DNA of 64,000 nt from Phaeovulum sp. (GCF_030684035.1 NZ_JAUXPI010000030.1:8239-72238), one strand, 5' to 3'. Positions 29,821 through 38,261 are shown, counted from the first letter of the stretch. Made by a program: numbers and translations. Notes: generated by a model from the letters alone, not told the origin.

Positions 29821-30758
29821 CCAGCGATGCCCAGCATCTGTCGGCGTTTCTGGAGGCAGAGGCCGCCGAGGCCGGCGCGGCGCGCAACACTTTGCTCGCC
29901 TATGGCCGCGACCTTGGCGACTTCATGGGCTGGCTGGCGGCGCGCGGCCTTTGTTTTGAAAGCGCCGCGCAAGGCGATATCGAAACCTATCTGGTTTCTT
30001 GCGAGGCTGCCGGGTTGGCACGCGCGACCCGCGCGCGCAGGCTATCGGCGATCCGGCAGCTTTACCGCTTCGCCTATGACGAAGGCTGGCGCACCGAAAA
30101 CCCGAGCCTGCGCCTCGCGGGCCCCGGTCGCAGCAAGGCGCTGCCCAAGACCCTGAGCCTCGTCGAAGTCGAGGCATTGCTTGCCGCCGCACGCGCGCAG
30201 GGCCGCAGCGCGGGCGAACGCAGCCGCACTACCTGCCTGATGGAGCTGCTCTACGCGACCGGCATGCGGGTAAGCGAACTTGTCGGGCTGCCGGTCGCCG
30301 CCGCGCGCGGCGATCCGCGCATGTTGCTGGTGCGCGGCAAGGGCGGCAAGGACCGTATGGTGCCGCTCTCGTCCCCCGCGCGAGCGACGCTTGCGGACTG
30401 GCTGAAACTGCGCGACGCCGACGAAGAGGCGGCGCGGCTGGCGCATCGCGCCGCGCCGTCGAAATACCTCTTTCCCGGCAAAGGTGCCGAAGGCCACCTG
30501 ACGCGGCAGCAGTTTTTTCATCAGCTCAAGGCGCTGGCGCTTGCGGCGGGTATTGCCCCCGGCCGTGTCAGCCCGCATGTGTTGCGCCATGCCTTTGCAA
30601 CGCATCTGCTGGAAGGTGGTGCCGATCTGCGCGCGATCCAGATGATGCTGGGGCACGCCGATCTTTCCACCACCGAAATCTATACCCATGTACTTGACGC
30701 CCGCCTGCGAGACCTGGTGCTGACGCACCACCCGCTGGCGCGAAAGGATGACCAATGA
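29817..30758 (+). CDS. xerD: Site-specific tyrosine recombinase XerD
   Basis: 313 aa with the N-terminal FLEAEAAEAGAARNTLLAYGRDL and the C-terminal catalytic region HVLRHAFATHLLEGGADLRAIQMMLGHADLSTTEIYTHV. Confidence 0.9.
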   Translation: MTSDAQHLSAFLEAEAAEAGAARNTLLAYGRDLGDFMGWLAARGLCFESAAQGDIETYLVSCEAAGLARATRARRLSAIRQLYRFAYDEGWRTENPSLRLAGPGRSKALPKTLSLVEVEALLAAARAQGRSAGERSRTTCLMELLYATGMRVSELVGLPVAAARGDPRMLLVRGKGGKDRMVPLSSPARATLADWLKLRDADEEAARLAHRAAPSKYLFPGKGAEGHLTRQQFFHQLKALALAAGIAPGRVSPHVLRHAFATHLLEGGADLRAIQMMLGHADLSTTEIYTHVLDARLRDLVLTHHPLARKDDQ

Positions 30759-32068
30759 CCGCGCCCGATGCTGCCACCGCCTATGACTTCGCCTTCTGGC
30801 TTACCGCCGGAGGGATTGTAGCGCTGCTGGTCATCTCGGCGTTCTTCTCGGGGTCGGAGACCGCGCTCACCGCGGCCTCGCGCCCCAGCCTGCGTGCCCG
30901 CGCCGACCGTGGCGACCGCGGTGCCGGGGCGGCGCTGGAAATCACCGAGGACAGCGAGCGGTTGATCGGCTCGCTTCTGCTTGGCAACAACGTGGTGAAC
31001 ATTTCTGCCGCAGCGCTCGCGACCGCGCTTTTCACCCGGCTCTTCGGCGATAGTGGAGTAGCGCTTGCGACATTGGTGATGACCACGCTGGTACTGATCT
31101 TTTCCGAAGTGCTGCCAAAGACCTATGCCATTACCCTGCCCGAAGTGGTGGCGGCACGGGTGGCGCGGCCGGTGCGGTTGCTCACGCGGTTGCTTGCCCC
31201 GATCGTGTCGCTGGTGCGGCTTCTGGTGCGCGGCATTCTCTGGCTTTTCGGGGTCCGCACCGATCCGGAAAAGCAGGTGTTCCGGATCCGCGAAGAGATT
31301 GCCGGGGCGCTTTCGCTCGGCCAGTCCGAAGGCACCGTGGCCAAGGAGGACCGCGACCGCCTGCTTGGTGCGCTCGACCTCGGCAACCGCACGGTTGAAG
31401 AGGTGATGCGCCACCGCAGTCAGGTGGAAATGATCGATGCCGAAGCCTCGCCCGACGCGATCCTGACCTCGGTGCTTGCCTCGCCGCACACCCGCCTGCC
31501 GCTTTACAAGGGCGAGCGCGAGAACGTGGTGGGGGTGATCCACGCCAAGGACCTGCTGCGCGCGGTCGAAAAGGTGGTGCGCGGCGAAGATGGCAACCTT
31601 GCCTCGGTGCGCGAGCTTGATGTGCTGAAAATTGCCATGAAGCCCTATTTCGTGCCCGAAACCACCCCGCTCGATGAACAGATGCGCGAGTTTCTGAAGC
31701 GGCGCACGCATTTCGCGCTGGTGGTGGATGAATATGGCGACCTGCGCGGGCTGGTGACACTGGAGGATATTCTGGAGGAAATTGTCGGCGAGATCACCGA
31801 CGAGTTCGACATCGCCCGCGAAAGCCCGTTGAAGCGCACCGAAACCGGTGACTTTCTGGTTGATGGCACGATGACCATCCGCGACATCAACCGCGCCATG
31901 GATTGGCAGCTGCCCGACGATGAGGCCAATACGGTTGCCGGGCTGGTGATCCACGAGGCGCAGATGATCCCGACCGAAGGGCAGGTGTTTTCGTTCCACG
32001 GGTTCCGCTTCGAGGTGGTCACCCGCAAGGAAAACCGCATCGCAAAACTGAAGATCCGCCCGCTCTGA
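30755..32068 (+). CDS. HlyC/CorC (CNNM) family transporter: DUF21 + CBS pair + CorC_HlyC
   Basis: 437 aa with N-terminal TM helices, SGSETAL, a CBS region and the C-terminal FRFEVV...KENRIAKLKI. ATGA overlap with xerD. Confidence 0.9.
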   Translation: MTAPDAATAYDFAFWLTAGGIVALLVISAFFSGSETALTAASRPSLRARADRGDRGAGAALEITEDSERLIGSLLLGNNVVNISAAALATALFTRLFGDSGVALATLVMTTLVLIFSEVLPKTYAITLPEVVAARVARPVRLLTRLLAPIVSLVRLLVRGILWLFGVRTDPEKQVFRIREEIAGALSLGQSEGTVAKEDRDRLLGALDLGNRTVEEVMRHRSQVEMIDAEASPDAILTSVLASPHTRLPLYKGERENVVGVIHAKDLLRAVEKVVRGEDGNLASVRELDVLKIAMKPYFVPETTPLDEQMREFLKRRTHFALVVDEYGDLRGLVTLEDILEEIVGEITDEFDIARESPLKRTETGDFLVDGTMTIRDINRAMDWQLPDDEANTVAGLVIHEAQMIPTEGQVFSFHGFRFEVVTRKENRIAKLKIRPL

Positions 32069-32076
32069 GCGCGCCG

Positions 32077-34581
32077 CTAGCGCCGCAGCGCCTTCACCGC
32101 CTCCAGCGCCAGCAACAGCGCCAGCCCTGACAGTGGCGGCAGCGCCAGCATTTTCACTGGCAGCGGCGCAAAGCCGAACAGCGCTTGCGCGGGCGGCCAG
32201 AACAGCACCAGCGCAAGCACCGCCGCCACCAGCGGCAGCACCGCGCCAAGCGCCCGGTTCGGCCGCGTCATCGCCGCCAGCGGCGAGGCGGAGCCGGTGC
32301 GGTTGACCAGAATCAGCGCGATGATTGCCAGCACCAGAGTTGCGAAGGTCAGGGCGCGCACCTGCGCCGCATCGAGGCCAAATCCGGGCGCAAACCACAG
32401 CACCGCGCCAGCCACCGCAAAGGCAAGCATCCCCTGCGCCGCCGCCCATAGCATCGACGCGGGCGAAAACAGCGGCTCGCTCGCCCGCCGTGGTGGGCGG
32501 CGCATCACGTCGCGCTCTTCGCGTTCGGCTTCGAAAACGAGCGAGCAGACAGGGTCGATCACCATCTCCAGAAACGCAACGTGGACCGGACCGAAGATGA
32601 GCGGCAGGCCAAACAGAAGCGGCATCAACGCCAACCCCGCAATCGGCACATGCACCGCCATGATGAAGCGCATCGCCTTGCGCAGGTTGTCGTTGATCCG
32701 GCGGCCAAGCCGCACCGTGTGCACGATCGAACCGAAATCGTCATCGAGCAGCACGATCGCCGCGGCTTCGCGCGCCACATCGGTGCCGCGCCCGCCCATC
32801 GCCACGCCGATATGCGCGGCCTTGAGCGAGGGCGCATCGTTCACCCCATCGCCGGTCATCGCCACGATCGCCCCTGCGGCCTTGAGCGCGGTGACGATGC
32901 GCAGCTTCTGCTCGGGCAGGATGCGGGCAAATACCGTGGTTTCGGGCAAAGCCGCCGCAAGCTCTTCGTCGCGCATCGTGGCGAGTTCATCGCCGCTGAC
33001 CACGCGCCCTTCGGCAATACCCGCCGCCTCGGCTATTGCCAGCGCGGTGGCCGGATAATCGCCGGTAATCATGATCACCCGGATCCCGGCGTTGCGGCAC
33101 TCGGCCACCGCGGCGGGTACCGTGGCGCGGAGCGGGTCGGCAAGCCCGACCAGCCCGAGAAAGCGAAAATCGAAACCGCTCTGCGCATCCGGCAAATCGC
33201 CATCACCATCGCATTCGGCGGTTGCAAGCCCCAGCACCCGCAGCCCGGCGGCGGCCAAGGCATCAGCGCGCGCGTGCAGATCATCGCGGTCTTGCCCCGA
33301 AAGGGCGCACAGATCGGCAATCGCTTCGGGCGCGCCCTTGGCGAAGGCGCGCCGCGCCGTGCCGTTGCCCCAGATCTGGGTCATCGCCAGAAGTTCGGGG
33401 CCAAGGGCGTAGCTGCGCAGCAGGCTTTCACCCGGTGGCGGTGCTGCCAGGGCATGAAAGGCGCGCTCCATCGGGTCGAATGGCTGCGGGGCCGAGGCGG
33501 CGCTTCCGGCGCTGGCAAGCGCCGCGTAGTCCGGTGGAAGTGCCGCGCCCGGTGTTGCCAGGAAGGTCGCGCCATCGGGCAATTGCAGCGCCGCGATCGT
33601 CATGCGGTTTTCGGTCAGGGTGCCGGTCTTGTCGGTGCAAAGCACGCTTGCCGCGCCAAGCGCTTCGATTGCCGAGGCGCGGCGGGTGAGCACGCGCGCC
33701 TGAGAAATGCGCCAGGCCCCCATCGCCATGAACACCGCGAGCACCACCGGAAACTCTTCCGGCAACATCGACATGCCAACCGCAATGCCGGCCAGTGATG
33801 CCTCTAGCCAGCCGCCGCGCAGCATGCCGTAAAGCAGCACCACCGCCAGACTGACCGCGCCACCCAATACCGCGAACACCAGCACCAGTTTCCGCATCTG
33901 CCGCTGCAAATGCGGGGTTTCAAGTTCCAGCATGCCGAGCGACGCGCCGATCTTGCCAATCTCGCTTTGCGCCCCGGTGGCGGTCACCTCGGCCAGCGCG
34001 CTGCCACCCACAATCAGGCTGCCGGAATAGACGAAAGGCTGATCTTCCCCGCCGGGGCGCAGGCCCGCTTCACCCACATCCGTGACCGCGCGCTTGCGCA
34101 CCGGCACCGCCTCGCCGGTCAAAAGCGATTCGTCGGCCATGAGCGCCTCTGCCTCGGTCAGCTGCGCATCGGCGGGCACCCTGTCGCCCTCGCTCAGCAC
34201 GAGAAGATCGCCGCGCACCACCTCGCGCCCGGCGATGCGTTGGCGCGCGCCATCGCGGATCACCAGCGCGCGCGGACTGGTCAGGTCGCGCAGCGCCTCG
34301 AGCACACGCTCGGTGCGCGCCTCCTGCACCACGGTGATGGTGACCGAAAGACAAGCAAAGGCGAGCAGGATCAGCGCTTCGCCTGCATCGCCAAGTGCGA
34401 GGTAAACCACACCCGCACCCAGCAAAAGCGCCAGCATCGGCTCGCGCAGCACATCAAGCACCAGCCGCAATGGGTTGCGACGGCGGGCGCGCGGCAATTC
34501 GTTCGGGCCTTCGGCGGCAAGCCGCGCCGCGGCTTCGTTGCGGCTCAGGCCCCGCGCCCGGGTGTTCAGGTCATGCATCAT
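32077..34581 (-). CDS. Cation-transporting P-type ATPase (P2-like, Ca2+/Mg2+-type)
   Basis: Track ORF trimmed to MMHDLNTRARGLSRNEAAARLAAEGPNELP. It carries the phosphorylation motif CTDKTGTLT, the hinge TGDGVNDAPSLK and the TM4 motif PEEFP. It has no CPC motif and no N-terminal metal-binding domain. Confidence 0.9.
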   Translation of the reverse strand: MMHDLNTRARGLSRNEAAARLAAEGPNELPRARRRNPLRLVLDVLREPMLALLLGAGVVYLALGDAGEALILLAFACLSVTITVVQEARTERVLEALRDLTSPRALVIRDGARQRIAGREVVRGDLLVLSEGDRVPADAQLTEAEALMADESLLTGEAVPVRKRAVTDVGEAGLRPGGEDQPFVYSGSLIVGGSALAEVTATGAQSEIGKIGASLGMLELETPHLQRQMRKLVLVFAVLGGAVSLAVVLLYGMLRGGWLEASLAGIAVGMSMLPEEFPVVLAVFMAMGAWRISQARVLTRRASAIEALGAASVLCTDKTGTLTENRMTIAALQLPDGATFLATPGAALPPDYAALASAGSAASAPQPFDPMERAFHALAAPPPGESLLRSYALGPELLAMTQIWGNGTARRAFAKGAPEAIADLCALSGQDRDDLHARADALAAAGLRVLGLATAECDGDGDLPDAQSGFDFRFLGLVGLADPLRATVPAAVAECRNAGIRVIMITGDYPATALAIAEAAGIAEGRVVSGDELATMRDEELAAALPETTVFARILPEQKLRIVTALKAAGAIVAMTGDGVNDAPSLKAAHIGVAMGGRGTDVAREAAAIVLLDDDFGSIVHTVRLGRRINDNLRKAMRFIMAVHVPIAGLALMPLLFGLPLIFGPVHVAFLEMVIDPVCSLVFEAEREERDVMRRPPRRASEPLFSPASMLWAAAQGMLAFAVAGAVLWFAPGFGLDAAQVRALTFATLVLAIIALILVNRTGSASPLAAMTRPNRALGAVLPLVAAVLALVLFWPPAQALFGFAPLPVKMLALPPLSGLALLLALEAVKALRR

Positions 34582-34738
34582 CTGCCTTGCGCCGCAAGCT
34601 GTCTGGATTGTGGGGGCAAAGCCATGCGCGCGCAAGCCGCGCGCCGCCATGACATGGATCATCCGTCGGCATCGCCACGGTTGCCCTGCGCCCGGCTTTC
34701 GGCCATGGTCATCACAAATGGCAATGGGGGGCTTGCCG

Positions 34739-35461
34739 ATGTGCTGGGGCGTCGAGGTTACCGCGGGAATGGCGGCCATCGGCGTGGTCGCCGCGGGCTA
34801 TACCTGGCGGCGGGGCGACCCCGGTGTGGTGCCGCTGACCCTTGCCTTCTTTGCGGCGATGGAGGGGTTGCAGTTTGGCGGTTATCTGGTGGTGGACCAG
34901 TGTTCCAGCCCGGCAAACCAGAGCTTCGCCTTCCTGTCGATACTGCACATCATCTTTCAACCCTTCATCATCAATGCCTTTGCACTGCAACTGGTGCCCG
35001 CTGCGGTGCGACGGCGCGCGCAGGTGCCGGTCTATGCGCTTTGCGCCGCCTCGTCGGTGGTCATGCTGATGCAACTATTCCCGTTTGACTGGGCGGGCAC
35101 CTGCACCCCCGGCTCGATCCTCTGTGGCGAGGCCTTCTGCACCATTTCGGGCGCGTGGCACATCGCCTGGAATGTGCCCTACAACGCGCTGATGGCACCG
35201 GTCGATGCGGCGCTTGGCATGCGCTGGGGGTTCCCGACCTATCTGGCGGTGGTGTTCGTGGTGCCGCTTTTCTACGGTGCGTGGCGATTTGCGCTGTTCC
35301 ACGCGGCCATCGGGCCAATGCTGGCCTCGCAGCTGACCCCGAACCCGAACGAGATACCAGCGATATGGTGCCTGTTCTCGATCGGCATTGCGATGATCGC
35401 GGTTTTCCCGCAGGTGCGGCAGCTTTTCGAGGTGCGCGCACGAGAAGCGGTTGCGGCCTGA
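34739..35461 (+). CDS. Polytopic Cys-rich membrane protein (DUF5765-like), unknown function
   Basis: Track ORF 34475..35461 trimmed to MCWGVEVTAGMAAIGVV... It has several hydrophobic helices and the Cys cluster WAGTCTPGSILCGEAFCTISG. The start is uncertain (alternatives 34718 and 34724). Confidence 0.6.
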   Translation: MCWGVEVTAGMAAIGVVAAGYTWRRGDPGVVPLTLAFFAAMEGLQFGGYLVVDQCSSPANQSFAFLSILHIIFQPFIINAFALQLVPAAVRRRAQVPVYALCAASSVVMLMQLFPFDWAGTCTPGSILCGEAFCTISGAWHIAWNVPYNALMAPVDAALGMRWGFPTYLAVVFVVPLFYGAWRFALFHAAIGPMLASQLTPNPNEIPAIWCLFSIGIAMIAVFPQVRQLFEVRAREAVAA

Positions 35462-35472
35462 AGCTTTCGCGC

Positions 35473-36060
35473 CTAGGCCACGCCGCGCAGAGATATGACT
35501 GCGGGCTCTGCCTCGTTGCGCGTCGGCTCAATCGGCTCCATCCAGACCCCGTCGGGCTCGGGTTCGGTGCCAAAATCAAGGAACAGGTCCATGAAAACCG
35601 CCAGCAACTCGGATTTGGAACTGACACCCGCCTTGTGAAAGACAGCTGAAAGCTGCGCCTTGATGGTGCCTTCGCGGGTGCCGCGCGCTTCGGCGATTTC
35701 CGAGATCTTCAGCCCGCGGAATGAAAGCAGCGCCACATCGCACTCGGAACTGGTCAGGCCCCAATCATCAAATCGCTGGCGGATCAACTCATCGAACTGG
35801 CTGCGAAGCGCCGACAAGGTGCGGTGTTCGGCCTCGCCGAAGCGGAGCAGCGCGATCTGGTATTTTCGGCTGATGTTGTAGGCGATCACCAGAAACACCG
35901 CCGAGAGAAACTCGAAGAAAAGATGCACCATGTCGAGATAGCTGCGGCTTTGCCCTTCGCGCAAATGCTCCACCACCTCGTAAAGGATTTCGGCAATCAG
36001 AAAGGCTGCGCAAAGACCGATCAGCATCTTGAACAAGGCCGCACGCTTCATCTGCGTCAT
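35473..36060 (-). CDS. Membrane-anchored LuxR-family (HTH) transcriptional regulator
   Basis: Trimmed to ATG 36060 (MTQMKRAALFKML...), which is preceded by AGGAGG. It has two N-terminal hydrophobic helices and the C-terminal LuxR HTH LTSSECDVALLSFRGLKISEIAEARGTREGTIKAQLSAVFHKAGV. Confidence 0.8.
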   Translation of the reverse strand: MTQMKRAALFKMLIGLCAAFLIAEILYEVVEHLREGQSRSYLDMVHLFFEFLSAVFLVIAYNISRKYQIALLRFGEAEHRTLSALRSQFDELIRQRFDDWGLTSSECDVALLSFRGLKISEIAEARGTREGTIKAQLSAVFHKAGVSSKSELLAVFMDLFLDFGTEPEPDGVWMEPIEPTRNEAEPAVISLRGVA

Positions 36061-36090
36061 GGTGTCCTCCTGCCTGGCGACCGCCACGAC

Positions 36091-36142
36091 AGTATCGCGG
36101 CGGCGTGCGCTGGCCGCACGGGTACTGCGCGTGTGCGATACT
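36091..36142 (-). other. Nested inverted repeats (AGTATCGC...GCGATACT enclosing CGTGCG-CTGGC-CGCACG) in the napC-like/luxR spacer
   Basis: An 8-bp perfect outer inverted repeat (36091-36098 / 36135-36142) and a 6-bp inner stem (36104-36109 / 36115-36120), read directly from the sequence. Confidence 0.45.
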
Positions 36143-36179
36143 CGCCCCCGCGCAGCCCCCCGTCAACCGGAACCTGCTT

Positions 36180-36773
36180 CTAATCGTCGCGCTCCACCAG
36201 TGGCAGTTTGTGCGCGATGCCGGTGTGGCAATCGATGCAGGTGGTGCCATCGGGGCTTGGCATACCCAATGCGACAGGCTCCATCTTCTCGCGCGAGCGC
36301 TGGCGCTGGTGCGTGAAGTCCATCGTTGCGAAGCTGTGGCAGTTGCGGCATTCGCGCGAGTCGGTGGCCTTCATCGTGGCCCAGACACGGGTCGCCATTT
36401 CCAGCCGGTGCGCCTCGAACTTTTCGGGTGTGTCCACGGTGCCCACAAGCTTGTGCCAAAGCTCGCTCGACGCCTGGAACTTGCGGATCAGCTTGGGCAC
36501 CCAGGCGTGCGGCACATGGCAATCAGAGCAGACCGCGCGCACCCCCGAGGGGTTCGAGTAATGGATCGACTGCTGATACTCGACATAGACCGTGTCGCGC
36601 ATTTCATGGCAGGAAATGCAGAATTCCAGCGTGTTGGTGGCTTCCATCGCGGTGTTGAAACCACCCCAGAAGATGATCCCGGCAATCAGCCCGAAAAACA
36701 GCAACAGGCCCTGCCCCAGTATCGCGCTCGGGCGAGTGAACCAGCGCCAGAGTGCTTTGATTAGCGAAAACAT
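36180..36773 (-). CDS. NapC/NirT-family membrane-anchored tetrahaem cytochrome c (quinol dehydrogenase)
   Basis: 197 aa with an N-terminal TM helix plus four CXXCH motifs (CISCH, CSDCH, CRNCH, CIDCH). Confidence 0.9.
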   Translation of the reverse strand: MFSLIKALWRWFTRPSAILGQGLLLFFGLIAGIIFWGGFNTAMEATNTLEFCISCHEMRDTVYVEYQQSIHYSNPSGVRAVCSDCHVPHAWVPKLIRKFQASSELWHKLVGTVDTPEKFEAHRLEMATRVWATMKATDSRECRNCHSFATMDFTHQRQRSREKMEPVALGMPSPDGTTCIDCHTGIAHKLPLVERDD

Positions 36774-36803
36774 CAGGATTCCATTCGTGCAGGCGTATCA
36801 GGT

Positions 36804-36828
36804 GCCGGGGTGGACGCACCACCCCGGC
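36804..36828 (-). terminator. Intercistronic GC stem-loop (10-bp perfect stem GCCGGGGTGG/CCACCCCGGC, 5-nt loop), no U-tract
   Basis: Read directly from the sequence, between the cytochrome c stop (36854) and the NapC-like start (36773). Confidence 0.4.
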
Positions 36829-36853
36829 ATTGGCTGGACCATTGGCCCCGGGA

Positions 36854-37555
36854 TCACTGCGCGGGCAGTGTCGCCAGATAGGCCACAAGGTCAGCCGAGA
36901 CCTGATGGTCGATGGCGCGCAGCGCGGGCATCGCCTCGCCCGGCTGGCCATTCAGCACCTTGTGCGTCACTTCCCACGGGTTCGAGGTAAGCGAGCCAAG
37001 CGGCGGCATGTCTTTGGGCAGCTTGCCATCAACGCCGTGGCAACCGACGCAGGCGGTTTCATAAACCTGCTGGCCGTTTGCCGCATCGCCGGTGGATTTC
37101 TTGTCGACCACAAGGGCCGACCAGTCCACCTGGCCATAGACCACGAAGTTGGCCAGATCGGTCAGGTCCTGGTCGGTCAGCTTGTCGCCAAAAAGGTGAC
37201 CGCCGCGCAGCAGTTCGACCACCTTGGCCGGATCGCCGCCCGCAGCGCCTTCGATGCCCTTGATGCCCGAGGCGTGGCTGCCGGTGGCATAGGCACCTGC
37301 GGCACCAAGACCATCCCAGCCATGGCATTCCTTGCAGCGCCAGTTCGCGGCCGGATCGGCCGCATATTTCTCGTTCGTGGCCGGGTAGAGCGGGTGCGAA
37401 ACGGTCGGTGCCTCGACACCAATGACCTTGTACCACTTGTCATAAAGCTTGCCGCCCCGGGCGATCGAGCCCTGGCTGACCTCGGCCAGCGCTGCGGTGG
37501 AAAACCCGACCAGGGCAAGCCCGGCAAGTGCAAAACCCATGTTTCTCATACGCAT
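36854..37555 (-). CDS. Periplasmic dihaem c-type cytochrome
   Basis: Track ORF trimmed to MRMRNMGFALAGLALVGFSTAALA (signal peptide), with AGGAGG 8 nt upstream. It has two CXXCH motifs (CKECH, CVGCH). Confidence 0.85.
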   Translation of the reverse strand: MRMRNMGFALAGLALVGFSTAALAEVSQGSIARGGKLYDKWYKVIGVEAPTVSHPLYPATNEKYAADPAANWRCKECHGWDGLGAAGAYATGSHASGIKGIEGAAGGDPAKVVELLRGGHLFGDKLTDQDLTDLANFVVYGQVDWSALVVDKKSTGDAANGQQVYETACVGCHGVDGKLPKDMPPLGSLTSNPWEVTHKVLNGQPGEAMPALRAIDHQVSADLVAYLATLPAQ

Positions 37556-37621
37556 TTTCGCATCCTCCTTGGATGGTTCAGATTGCGAAACTGATACTCT
37601 GCGCTGCGGCGTAACCACAAT

Positions 37622-37635
37622 TTGACATGGGTCAA
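37622..37635 (-). promoter_or_regulatory. FNR/FixK-type (CRP-FNR family) box TTGAC-N4-GTCAA upstream of the cytochrome operon
   Basis: It is a perfect palindrome, and the only TTGA-N6-TCAA I found in intergenic DNA of this window. Its centre is about 73 nt upstream of ATG 37555. If the box is centred at -41.5, GAGTAT falls at -12..-7. Confidence 0.6.
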
Positions 37636-37871
37636 TACGATGCCAACGACGCGCGCAATGTAGGCGTGTATGCACTTTGGTTTATGTCTGAATACGCATC
37701 ATGGCGCGATCTGGCATTCCGCCATCCGCCCTGCCCGACTCAGGGCAGCTTCAACGAATTTGGCGAGAGCGGCTTTCGCCCGCCGAACGCTTCGGTGCGG
37801 CGCAGCCCCGCGCCGCGCCAGGCACCCTCTGGCACAGGCGCAACACGGGCCCACCGCATCAAACGCGATGT

Positions 37872-38261
37872 TCAGGCCTTGGCCTTGGCCGGTGCAGCAC
37901 CCTTGGCGGTTTGCATCTCAGCCGCCGCACCCTCGACAAGCTGCTCTGCGGTCACTGCCGCAAGCGCCCCGAGTTTTCCCGCTTCGTCAGCATAATCCGA
38001 AAATGCGTGCTGCAGGAAATCCGCAAGCACTGCCGCCGCCGCCCGCTGGTCTTCGGCCTTCGCGAGCGCGGCATAAAGCGCCCGGTCCTTCTCGTAGCGC
38101 GCCTTGAGAAAGTCGAGCGCTTCGATGCCTTGCCGCAAGACGGCGTCCATCACCTTGGCCTGTGCCCGCAGAACCCCCTGCGCCAAGTCTGCGACCTGCG
38201 CGGAATCCTGCCCCGGCACCATGCCCGCCAAGGGGTTTTGCCCTGATTTTTCGCGTCTCAT
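37872..38261 (-). CDS. Phasin-family-like small helical protein with Ala/Lys-rich tail
   Basis: Track ORF 37872..38633 trimmed to MRREKSGQ... (alternative start MVPGQ at 38222). The helical sequence and the C-terminal KGAAPAKAKA tail resemble Phasin_2 proteins; the assignment is from memory only. Confidence 0.55.
   Translation of the reverse strand: MRREKSGQNPLAGMVPGQDSAQVADLAQGVLRAQAKVMDAVLRQGIEALDFLKARYEKDRALYAALAKAEDQRAAAAVLADFLQHAFSDYADEAGKLGALAAVTAEQLVEGAAAEMQTAKGAAPAKAKA

Noticed and set aside
29817-30758. Tyrosine recombinase as a marker of an integrated mobile element or prophage.
   Set aside because: The sequence is a typical housekeeping XerD, embedded in an overlapping operon with core genes. 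There is no tRNA, no att-like repeats and no phage or IS genes nearby.
32077-34581. Heavy-metal (P1B) efflux ATPase.
   Set aside because: It lacks the CPC/CPH TM6 motif and N-terminal CxxC metal-binding domains. It has a PEEFP TM4 motif and a Cation_ATPase_N-like start, which fits a P2-type Ca/Mg pump.
37627-38246. Three overlapping plus-strand ORFs (122-181 aa) in and beyond the 316-bp gap upstream of the cytochrome operon.
   Set aside because: They have Arg/Pro/Ala-rich translations, mostly antisense to the phasin-like gene, with no RBS or motifs. The gap is better explained as promoter (FNR box) plus terminator space.
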